A stretch of 64,000 bases of DNA, taken from positions 16,072 through 80,071 of the forward strand of contig CAJXVM010000014.1 in the NCBI GenBank assembly GCA_913061095.1, written 5' to 3'. Source of the stretch: an uncultured Ignavibacteria bacterium. GTDB lineage: Bacteria > Bacteroidota > Ignavibacteria > SZUA-365. Below are positions 39,360 to 47,901 of this stretch, in pieces (position 1 is the stretch's first letter; each line of letters opens with the position of its first letter). A program made the position numbers and the translations under genes. The notes beneath the pieces were generated by a model, which worked only from the letters and a program-made list of their open reading frames with translations, made no database searches and was not told where the DNA came from.

Positions 39360-39460
39360 CATATAATGTATTCGCCCTGAAAGGGCGATACGGTTCAGCC
39401 CCGGGCAACGCCCGGATTGAGGCGGTTGCTCAATTCTCTCTCATGCCCTGAAAGGGCGTG
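39360..39460. repeat. REP-like intergenic element with three short GC hairpins
   Basis: 'cgccc tgaaa gggcg' (39373-39387), 'ccggg caacg cccgg' (39401-39415), 'gccc tgaaa gggc' (39445-39457). Confidence 0.4.
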
Positions 39461-39481
39461 AAGGACTGCCAAAAATCGGCC

Positions 39482-39516
39482 GAAAATGCGACCGGCCGCG
39501 CATTGCGCGGCCGGTC
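39482..39516 (-). terminator. Intrinsic terminator after S8 peptidase gene 39541-42552
   Basis: 12-bp stem 'gaccggccgcgc/gcgcggccggtc', followed on the minus strand by 'gcattttcggccgattttt'. Confidence 0.6.
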
Positions 39517-39540
39517 CTGAAAACAAGGGAGAGAATTGTG

Positions 39541-42500
39541 TCAGTGTATCACGACCAGGTTGCTGACAGCGACGCGGTTGCCCGCCTGCACGCGCACGCG
39601 GTAGTTGCCGGTGCCGAGACCGTCGGTCTGCAGGTTGAAGGTGTGCGTTCCAGCATCGAGACGCGCTTCGATGCCGCTGCGAACCAGACGTCCGAGATTG
39701 TCGAACACGTCAACCCGCGTGACGCTCTGCCGGTCCAGTGTGAACCCGATCGTGAGTCCCGCCGCAGATGCAGCGGACACGGGATTGGGATACATGAAGT
39801 CCAGCGCAAAGTCTCCTGCCGAAGGCGGCGACGTGGCCGAGGTGGTCTCGTTGGACTGGAAATTCGAGCGGAACTTGTAGATGTTGACTCCCGCCGCGTA
39901 GATATCCGTCAGTGACGTATTGGCGAATGCGGTCGACGAGGTAATGAACCCGAAGGTGCCGGGTACAGCCTGCACCGTCCAGTCGTCACCCATATTGGTT
40001 GACACCCAGGCGTTGGTGCCCTGGATGAACCAGAGGCGGCGGCCGTTTGGTTCGATCTCGATGGTGCCGCCGGTGCTGACCTGAATCGACGATACCTCGT
40101 TCCAGGTGTCGCCGCCGTCGGTGGTCACCGCCAGCATGTTCGATCCGCCCTGATTTTCCTGTGTGGTAAAGCGGACCGCGCCGCGCTTGCTGTCCCCGAA
40201 CACCATGTCCACCGAATGCTTGCTCGGCGTCGCAATGCTGATCCAGCTCCGGCCGCGGTCTGTGGAACGGTAGATCTTGCTGTTGTTGGTGCCGAACCAG
40301 AGGGTGTCACCCGCGGCGGCGTAGGAGTTGTTCCAGCCCGCCTCGCCGGTCGGGGCGCTGACGCTGTTTGTGATCGGCGTCCACGTCTCGCCGCCGTCAT
40401 CGGTTGTCAGGATGCCCCAGGTTCCGTCTTTCGGGTCACCCTGCAGAATGCCGTTCTGGTCATCGTACATGTGAATCCAGTTGACGAAACCGGTAAAGCT
40501 GCTCACCGACGTGCCCGACCACGAGGAACCGCTGTTGGTGGTGCGGTACACCTGGGCGGCGCCGTTGCTCGGACCGGTACCGACGAGCGCGATATTGTTG
40601 GTCACACCCTCGATACAGTATACACCCTGTCCGGATGGGTACCCTCTGCTGCTGCCGACCGAACTCCACGAGCCGCCGCCGTTGAGGCTGCGCAGACCGA
40701 GGTCCTGATTCTCCACATGGGCGGTGGCCCAGATGGACGTGACCGATGCCGCGTCGATGGAGGTGATGTAAGGGGCACCGAAGTTCAGTGACGTATGCCA
40801 CGCATCGTTGAGATAGACGGGGATGCGGCCGGTGACGAAGTCGACGTATTCGCCGTCTTCAATGCGGATGCGGATGATGACGTAGCCCTCTGAAATCTCG
40901 GGATATTCCGCTAGTGCAATGTCGAACTCAAGGGACTTCGTGTCAAAAGTCTGCATGTCTGCGAGTGAGAAATCCGTCGCATCGGTCTCTACCGATGCGT
41001 CATCGAGATCAATGTATGCCGTGGCATTCGCCGACGTTGGCGCAAGGACGTTCTCCAGCACGACGGTGAGGCGCGCGGCCTGTCCGGTCTCGGTGAAGCG
41101 GTAATTCCCGCCGTCGATGCTGTACTGGAAATCCTTGATGCGGATGCCGGGGATGTCATCGAGATTGTCGTTCTCCGTGACCGCACGGTAGGCATTCAGG
41201 CGGCCGTATCGCTTGCTGGTTGCCGGCGAGTCGAAGCGGTCGGCAGTTACGCGCAGCTGCGTCGCGATCTGATCGGGCGTCCAATCGGGATGCACGGCCT
41301 TGACAAGCGCGGCAACGCCCGCTGCGAGCGGAGCGGAAAAAGACGTACCGGTCGGACTGGTGTATCCCGCGCCCTTTCGCGTTGTGCGAATACCGTTGCC
41401 GGGGGAATATACGTGGACCGTGTTTCCGTAGGTTGCCCAGCCGGAGGCGTTGCCGTTGGATTCCACCGAACCGACGTTGAGCACGTGATTGAGGGACGAT
41501 GGCGCACGCGGCGCATAGTCGTTGTCCACCGGGTCGTTACCGGAGGAGCTCACAACGAGCGATCCCATTTCCGTAACGTCGTCGATGATATCCTGCAGCG
41601 CGCGAATCAGTCCGCCTTCACCGCCCCAGCTGCAGTTGATGATGTCTGCTCCCATCTGGCCGGCGTAGATGATGCCGTCATATCCCGCAGCGATGCCGGA
41701 CGAGCTGTTGCTGGCAGCCTTGATCGCCAGGATTTTTGCGCGGAAACTGCTTCCGGCAATACCCTTGCCGTTGTCCGTGCGCGCGGAATGGCAGCCGGAA
41801 GTGTTGGTGCCGTGTCCGATGGCGCCGTCCATGGGATCATTGTCCGGCTGCGGACTCTGCGAAGAACCGCCACCGATGAAATCCCACCCGTGCCAGTCAT
41901 CGACCTTGCCGTTGTTGTCGTCATCGACACCGTTGTCTTTCAGTTCACCGTCGACCCCGTATTCCCCGGGATTGATCCAGATGTTTTCGGCGAGATCCTC
42001 GTGCTGCCAGTCAACGCCGGAATCGACGTTGCCGATCACGATCGTCGAATCACCTGTCGTGACATCCCAGGCCTCTTCGAGCTTGAGCACGTCGATCGCC
42101 CACTGGTTGCCGACCTGCGGATCGTTCGGGGTGTAATGGAAGGGAAAAATGTAGTACGGTTCCGCGTATTCGACGCTCGCATCACTGCTGATTTCCTGCG
42201 CGAGCAGCGCGGGATGGTCGCCGGAGGTGTAGCGCACTTTCACCATGCGGTCGATATTGTATGCGGGACGCGCGGCCTTCTGCAGCGCGGTTTCGGCGTG
42301 AGTGTTGAACGGCTCGACGACGTTCGCACCGATGCGCTCAAGTATATGGTCAAGGCTGCGAATGCCGAGACGATCTCCGCCCGTCGTAAACGAGGCGTGC
42401 TCGCGCAGTTTGATGATGAGCAGATTGGGGACGACTTCCAGCTTGCCCGAACGCATATCATTCTGCGCGGGACGGTCCGGAGAGTCTGCGAAAGAAGGCA

Positions 42501-42552
42501 TGCCGGAGAAGACAAACACTGCGGCGATGCAAAGGGGAACAAATACTTTCAT
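39541..42552 (-). CDS. S8 (subtilisin) family peptidase with BNR/sortilin-like beta-propeller and T9SS C-terminal sorting domain
   Basis: Signal peptide. Catalytic D 'VIGNVDSGVD', H 'GHGTNTSG', S 'GTSFSAPLAAG'. Asp-boxes 'TTDDGGETW', 'STDRGRSW', 'TTDGGDTW'. CTD 'YPNPV...VDVFDNLGRLV...LGTGNYRVRV'. Confidence 0.9.
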   Translation of the reverse strand: MKVFVPLCIAAVFVFSGMPSFADSPDRPAQNDMRSGKLEVVPNLLIIKLREHASFTTGGDRLGIRSLDHILERIGANVVEPFNTHAETALQKAARPAYNIDRMVKVRYTSGDHPALLAQEISSDASVEYAEPYYIFPFHYTPNDPQVGNQWAIDVLKLEEAWDVTTGDSTIVIGNVDSGVDWQHEDLAENIWINPGEYGVDGELKDNGVDDDNNGKVDDWHGWDFIGGGSSQSPQPDNDPMDGAIGHGTNTSGCHSARTDNGKGIAGSSFRAKILAIKAASNSSSGIAAGYDGIIYAGQMGADIINCSWGGEGGLIRALQDIIDDVTEMGSLVVSSSGNDPVDNDYAPRAPSSLNHVLNVGSVESNGNASGWATYGNTVHVYSPGNGIRTTRKGAGYTSPTGTSFSAPLAAGVAALVKAVHPDWTPDQIATQLRVTADRFDSPATSKRYGRLNAYRAVTENDNLDDIPGIRIKDFQYSIDGGNYRFTETGQAARLTVVLENVLAPTSANATAYIDLDDASVETDATDFSLADMQTFDTKSLEFDIALAEYPEISEGYVIIRIRIEDGEYVDFVTGRIPVYLNDAWHTSLNFGAPYITSIDAASVTSIWATAHVENQDLGLRSLNGGGSWSSVGSSRGYPSGQGVYCIEGVTNNIALVGTGPSNGAAQVYRTTNSGSSWSGTSVSSFTGFVNWIHMYDDQNGILQGDPKDGTWGILTTDDGGETWTPITNSVSAPTGEAGWNNSYAAAGDTLWFGTNNSKIYRSTDRGRSWISIATPSKHSVDMVFGDSKRGAVRFTTQENQGGSNMLAVTTDGGDTWNEVSSIQVSTGGTIEIEPNGRRLWFIQGTNAWVSTNMGDDWTVQAVPGTFGFITSSTAFANTSLTDIYAAGVNIYKFRSNFQSNETTSATSPPSAGDFALDFMYPNPVSAASAAGLTIGFTLDRQSVTRVDVFDNLGRLVRSGIEARLDAGTHTFNLQTDGLGTGNYRVRVQAGNRVAVSNLVVIH

Positions 42553-42681
42553 AATTCACCATGCGAGATTGGAGAGAGGGCTATATCCTGATAAGATAGA
42601 AAAAAGCGTCTATTCACTAAAGGGGAAAAATGGGATGCAGGACGGTGATACTGGAAGAATGCAGTGGCGATACGATTCTGG

Positions 42682-42720
42682 AAAAAAAATGAAAACCCCC
42701 GGCAAGATCACCGGGGGTTT
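42682..42720 (-). terminator. Intrinsic terminator after S8 peptidase gene 42780-45788
   Basis: Minus strand: 'aaaccccc ggtgatcttg ccggggg ttttcatttttttt'. Confidence 0.75.
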
Positions 42721-42779
42721 GTCATCAATCTGGGGGCGCAGATACTGCGCCCTTCGGGATGAAATCATGTCTGGAATCG

Positions 42780-45700
42780 TCAGTGTGTCACGCTTATCGT
42801 GCGTGAAGTACTGTGCGCCGGTGTCGTCAGACGCAGCACGTAACTGCCCGCGGAAAGGCCGTTCAGCGAAACACGTGCCGTATGACTGCCACCGCGCAGG
42901 GTGGCGTTGACAGCTTCGCGCAGCTTGCGCCCGTTCATGTCGTACACGGCGAGCGTGACCGGGGCCGCGTCGCCGAGTGTGAACTCCGCGGTCAGGCTGC
43001 CCTGGAAGGAGGATGCCGGCTGCGGATACACGCTCGTGATCCGCGGGGTGCCGGGGAGTGCAATCGGCGGGCGCTCAGCGGATACCACCGAACGGTGATT
43101 GCTGGTGTATTCGTACACATGATAACTGGCACCGAAGACACGCGTGATGAAACCGTCGTTCCACTCCGCGGCGTCGAACACAGGCCAGAAGGTGTAGGGC
43201 GTGGGCTGCACGCTCCACGTGGCACCGAGGTCCGTTGACACGTAGGCGTTCGGCGACTGCAGGAACCAGAGACGTTCGCCCTGGCGCTCCCAGATGACTG
43301 AACCGTAAGGCGCGGCGATGGTGGAAACGAGTGACCAGGTCTGTCCGCCGTCCTGCGTGATCGCCAGCGTGTCGGTGCCGACGTCGTTGAGGCGCGAGAA
43401 ACGCGCCGCACCGACCATCGCGTCACGGAAGGTCACGTCCACCGAGTTGCGTGAAGGAGTCGTGTGTGACGTCCAGGTCTGACCACGATCCGTCGAACGG
43501 TAGATGATGCCGCTGTTCGTTCCGAACCAGACATTGTCTCCGACAACATCGTAGCTGTTGTTCCAGCCTGCCTCGCCCTCGGCAGCGGTCAGGGGAGTCG
43601 ACAGGGGCGTCCAGCTCCTTCCGCCGTCGCTCGTGGTGGCGATGCCCCAGGCATTGTCCTTCGGATCGCCCTGCATGATACCGTTGGCCGGCGAATACAT
43701 GTGGATCCAGTTCACGAAGGGCGTCATGTCACCCACGCTCGTGTCTCCCCACGACTGTCCGCCGTCGGAGGTGTAGTAGATTTCCGCCTGGCCATCGACC
43801 GGACCGGTTCCGACCCAGGCATTGAACTCGTCGATCGCGTCGATGCAGTAGACGCCCTCGCCATCGGGATACCCCTGTCCCCAGGCAAACACCCAGCTCT
43901 GTCCGCCGTCACTCGAGCGGATCGCAAGATCCTGGGTGGGAACGTTGTCTTCGCTGTAATTCCCGTTGACCCAGATATTGAAGCGATCGGGGACGTCAAT
44001 GGAATTGAAGCCGTACGTGATGGCGTTGAATGTCGTGCGCCAGCCCTCGTCGAATTCGACACGGATGCGCACGATGTCGTAATCCACATAACTCCCGTCG
44101 GTGAATTTCAAAATCACCGGCACGTAGCCCTCCGAGAGATTGGCGTTTTCCGCGAGCGTGAAAGTGAAGGAAATGTCTTCCGTGTCTTCGGTGAGCATGC
44201 CGCCCAGCGTGAAGCTGGTCGCGTCAAGTGAACCGTACAGCGGATCCACTTCAAGCTCGACCGTGGCATCGGCCGTTGGAGCGAGATAGTTCATCAGCGT
44301 GACGTCGACCGTGGCGGTCTGCTCGGGTTCGGTAATGACCGCACCGCTGGCGGTCGACACGGCAACGCTGCTGACACCGAGTCCGGGGATGTCTTCGAGC
44401 GTCGCGTTCGCGCTCACGGCGGTGTATCCGTTGGCTTTGCCGTAATAAAGGGGATCATCCCCCGCGCCGAGCCTGTCGGCTGTTACGCGGATCTGCTTGA
44501 GCACCTGGTCGGGTGTCCAGTCGGGATGCTGGGCGAAGATCAGCGCCGCGAGCCCGGAAATGTGGGGCGTGGCGAAGGACGTACCGGTCACGGTCTGATA
44601 GCCGAAGCTCATGCGCACGGTGAGGATATCCGTTCCGGGAGCGTAGACATGGACCGAGGTACCGAAGGATGTGGTGGTCGTCGCGCTGCCATCCTGCTCC
44701 AGCGAACTGACCGCGAGTACGTGGTTCAGGCAGGCGGGGAGGAAGGGACGCAGGTCGGTGTTGATCGCATTGTTGCCGGCACCACCGACCACGAGTACGC
44801 CCTTCGACCAGGCGTAGTCGATCTCATCCTGCAGCACCTGGCTGAATTCGCCGTAGCTGCCCCAGCTGGCGTTGATGACCTTGCAGCCCATGTCGGCGGC
44901 GTAGCGGAGTCCGCCGTAGCCGGCGATGTCCGTTGTGCCGCCGTCATTCTGCACCTTGATGGGGAGGATTTTCGTGTTGTATCCGACGCCGGCGATGCCC
45001 GTGCCGTTGTTCGTGCGCGCGGCAGCGATGCCCGCGCCGCTGGTGCCGTGTCCGTCGAAGTCCATGGGATCGTTGTCCGGTACCGGATTCTGCAGCGTCC
45101 CGTTGCCGAGGAAATCCCAGCCGCGCCAGTCGTCGACGAGTCCGTTCCCGTCATCGTCACGACCGTTGTTGCGCAGTTCGCCGTTCGTTCCATATTCACC
45201 GGGATTGATGTAGATGTTGTCCCGGAGATCTTCGTGGTTGTAGTTGATGCCGGTGTCGATGTATCCGATGACGACGGTCGAGTCGCCGGTGGTGACATCC
45301 CAGGCATCAGCCATGTTGAGCATGTCGAGCGCCCACTGCTCGGCGTAGCGCGCATCGTTCGGTTCGCCCAGCAGGCGGAAGCGGAAGTACGGTTCGGCGT
45401 ACTCGACGCCCGGCAGCCGCTCGAGTTCGCCGACCAGCGCGCGGGGATTGACCGGGGCGCTGTAGCGCACGAGCATGATGCGCGCGAGACTCTGCGCCTC
45501 CTGCGACGCGCCCGCCTTGCGCAGCGACTGCACGGGATGCAGCGGCTCGACCGATGTGGCCATGATGCGCTGGAGAACGGCGTCCACGCCGGAAAGTCCA
45601 ACCGCCGACGCGCCCGGTGCCACGGTGCGGACGTCGGTAAGCTTGATGAAGATGAGGCCGGGGACGATGTTGTCCTGCACCTGGTCGCCGGGTGCGCCCG

Positions 45701-45788
45701 GACGTTCAGCCTGCCCGGCGAACGCCTCGGCGCCGGAGGCAAGCAGAAGGATCAATGCGAAAACGGGTACTGCAGATCGCATAAGCAT
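42780..45788 (-). CDS. S8 (subtilisin) family peptidase with beta-propeller and T9SS C-terminal sorting domain (tandem paralog)
   Basis: Start 'MLMRSAVPVFALILLLASGAEA'. D 'VIGYIDTGIN', H 'GHGTSGAG', S 'GTSFATPHISG'. Asp-boxes 'SSDGGQSW', 'TSDGGRSW', 'STDRGQTW'. CTD 'YPQPA...LAVYDMNGRKL...LSAGSYVLRL'. Confidence 0.9.
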   Translation of the reverse strand: MLMRSAVPVFALILLLASGAEAFAGQAERPGAPGDQVQDNIVPGLIFIKLTDVRTVAPGASAVGLSGVDAVLQRIMATSVEPLHPVQSLRKAGASQEAQSLARIMLVRYSAPVNPRALVGELERLPGVEYAEPYFRFRLLGEPNDARYAEQWALDMLNMADAWDVTTGDSTVVIGYIDTGINYNHEDLRDNIYINPGEYGTNGELRNNGRDDDGNGLVDDWRGWDFLGNGTLQNPVPDNDPMDFDGHGTSGAGIAAARTNNGTGIAGVGYNTKILPIKVQNDGGTTDIAGYGGLRYAADMGCKVINASWGSYGEFSQVLQDEIDYAWSKGVLVVGGAGNNAINTDLRPFLPACLNHVLAVSSLEQDGSATTTTSFGTSVHVYAPGTDILTVRMSFGYQTVTGTSFATPHISGLAALIFAQHPDWTPDQVLKQIRVTADRLGAGDDPLYYGKANGYTAVSANATLEDIPGLGVSSVAVSTASGAVITEPEQTATVDVTLMNYLAPTADATVELEVDPLYGSLDATSFTLGGMLTEDTEDISFTFTLAENANLSEGYVPVILKFTDGSYVDYDIVRIRVEFDEGWRTTFNAITYGFNSIDVPDRFNIWVNGNYSEDNVPTQDLAIRSSDGGQSWVFAWGQGYPDGEGVYCIDAIDEFNAWVGTGPVDGQAEIYYTSDGGQSWGDTSVGDMTPFVNWIHMYSPANGIMQGDPKDNAWGIATTSDGGRSWTPLSTPLTAAEGEAGWNNSYDVVGDNVWFGTNSGIIYRSTDRGQTWTSHTTPSRNSVDVTFRDAMVGAARFSRLNDVGTDTLAITQDGGQTWSLVSTIAAPYGSVIWERQGERLWFLQSPNAYVSTDLGATWSVQPTPYTFWPVFDAAEWNDGFITRVFGASYHVYEYTSNHRSVVSAERPPIALPGTPRITSVYPQPASSFQGSLTAEFTLGDAAPVTLAVYDMNGRKLREAVNATLRGGSHTARVSLNGLSAGSYVLRLTTPAHSTSRTISVTH

Positions 45789-45974
45789 TCCATGATTTTG
45801 TGATGGGAAATTCGTGAGCCTTATCCATTCAATATAATGACTGCAGGATACAATGGTAAGAGGGCGAGCGGAAGCACGGCGATTTGTCCTCGTCGTCACG
45901 ATACTGGCATCATTTCGGATAATGTCGGATATTTTGGGTAATAGCCTGATCTGTCATTATCCCGGAGGGCGGGC

Positions 45975-47822
45975 ATGCACCGTTTCATTCTTCTCCTCGC
46001 TGTCGCGGCAATTCTCCCCGGCATCGCTTTCGCACAGAACGACAATCCCGGTTCACGCGAGCAGGAATTCCGCGACCGGTTCATGCAGCGGACGCTCGAG
46101 GGACATCAGCGTCTTTCGCTCGATCCCGACATCCGCGCGAAGGCGCGCGAGCTGAACCGGCGTCGCAGTGAAGCGCTGCGCAAGGGACAGGACTCGGACA
46201 ACTATCCCGTCTCCGACGGCATTTTCGCCGAGTCGGAAATCCACGCGGCCATCAATCCCACCGATCCCGACAACATCGTCGTCTCGGCCATTCGGCAGGT
46301 GGTTGTGCAGGGATCCATCGGTGATCTGACCTGTCCGATCTATTCCACGACCGACGCGGGATGGACCTGGACGGAATCGGCGTTTCGGAGTGAGCCCACC
46401 GTAGCCGATGCCATCCTGTTCGGTGGGGGTGATCCCGTGCTGGCCTTCGATGCGGACGGCCGTGCGTATTTCAGCTGGCTTAATGCCTTTGTCGATCAGT
46501 CTTTCAACCACCTCTACAGCGAGTTGTGCTGGGTGTATTCGGACGACGGCGGCTGGACGTGGACGCAACCCGCGTCGACGGTGTTTGCCGAAGCGAGCAT
46601 GTTGCTGGGGCATCCGGACGCCCGCCTGGTGGACAAGCAGTGGATGGCGGTGGATCGCAGTTCCTCACCGCATCGCGGAACTCTCTATGCGGCCTTCGTG
46701 CGCTTCGCGTCACGCGGGATGATCATCTGCGTCACGCGCAAGGAGGCGGGCAAGGATGCATTCGAGAATGAGGTCTGGGTCTCGCCCGATTCGCTCGGGA
46801 CCGTACAGTACGCGAGCATCGATGTCGACGAGCAGGGCGGTGTGCACGTGACGTATTTCGGCACCACCGACGGCTCGCGCTCCGCGCTCTGGCATGTGCG
46901 CTCCACCGACGGCGGGAAGACCTTCGGTACGCCGAGCATGGTATCCAACCTGATTTTCCCCGGGCTCAGCGACGATGACAAAAGCGGCGGGATCCGCGGG
47001 ATCACCGAGCGGCGGCTTTACCCCTGTCCACAGATGTGCGTCGACCGTTCGCGTCCGGGATCGGTGTACATGGCATGGACGGCGTCGGGTGTGACGGAAG
47101 GAAAGGAGGACGGGATGGATATCTATTTCGCGCGCAGTACGGACTACGGTGCTACGTGGAGCAGGCCCATGCTGGTCAACGACGACCCGCGCGGAGTGCT
47201 CGTCGACCAGTTCTATCCAAGTATCGCGGTGAACGACGACGGCGTGATCGCGGTTACCTGGTATGACCGACGTGAGGATGTGGAATGGAATAACGATGCG
47301 CGCTATTACTTCGCGGTGTCGCGCAACGGGGGTGAAAGCTTCAGCGCAAACCGGCCGATCGCGACGATGCCCATGGACATGTTCAAGGCGGGGGATAAAA
47401 ACGACATGTTCGGCATCGGCGAGTACACGCAGGTGCTGATGACAAACGATCGCATCATCCCGTTCTGGACCGATGGCCGCAGGAACAACGGCGATCTGCT
47501 GATCTACAGCGCCGACATCGACCTGACGACACTCGACGTCCGCAGTGTCACGCCGTTCACCGCGGATTTCCGTCTGCTCGAGGTCTTCCCTCAGCCGGCC
47601 GACGCACAGCTGCGGCTGCGGTTTTCGCTCGAGCGCAGCATGGAGGTGCGTCTCGTCCTTACTGACCTGCTCGGCCGCACGGTCCGTGAGCTTCCCCGAC
47701 GCGCCTTCGCAGCGGGCGAACATGAAGCCGCGTTGTCAGCAGCCGGGCTCCCGGCGGGCAGTTATCAGTTGATGCTGGTGACGCCGGAGGGACAGGCCGC
47801 GCGGATGATTCGCATATTCTGA
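45975..47822 (+). CDS. BNR/Asp-box (sialidase-fold) protein with T9SS C-terminal sorting domain
   Basis: Signal peptide. 'SDDGGWTW', 'STDGGKTF', 'STDYGATW', 'SRNGGESF'. CTD 'FPQPA...LVLTDLLGRTV...LPAGSYQLML'. GGAGG RBS. Confidence 0.7.
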   Translation: MHRFILLLAVAAILPGIAFAQNDNPGSREQEFRDRFMQRTLEGHQRLSLDPDIRAKARELNRRRSEALRKGQDSDNYPVSDGIFAESEIHAAINPTDPDNIVVSAIRQVVVQGSIGDLTCPIYSTTDAGWTWTESAFRSEPTVADAILFGGGDPVLAFDADGRAYFSWLNAFVDQSFNHLYSELCWVYSDDGGWTWTQPASTVFAEASMLLGHPDARLVDKQWMAVDRSSSPHRGTLYAAFVRFASRGMIICVTRKEAGKDAFENEVWVSPDSLGTVQYASIDVDEQGGVHVTYFGTTDGSRSALWHVRSTDGGKTFGTPSMVSNLIFPGLSDDDKSGGIRGITERRLYPCPQMCVDRSRPGSVYMAWTASGVTEGKEDGMDIYFARSTDYGATWSRPMLVNDDPRGVLVDQFYPSIAVNDDGVIAVTWYDRREDVEWNNDARYYFAVSRNGGESFSANRPIATMPMDMFKAGDKNDMFGIGEYTQVLMTNDRIIPFWTDGRRNNGDLLIYSADIDLTTLDVRSVTPFTADFRLLEVFPQPADAQLRLRFSLERSMEVRLVLTDLLGRTVRELPRRAFAAGEHEAALSAAGLPAGSYQLMLVTPEGQAARMIRIF

Positions 47823-47901
47823 CGCAGGAAAACTTTCTCCGATACCTCCAATCTCAGTATTTTTCGGGACAGACGATTCAATTCCGATTCGAGGTATGTT
47901 C

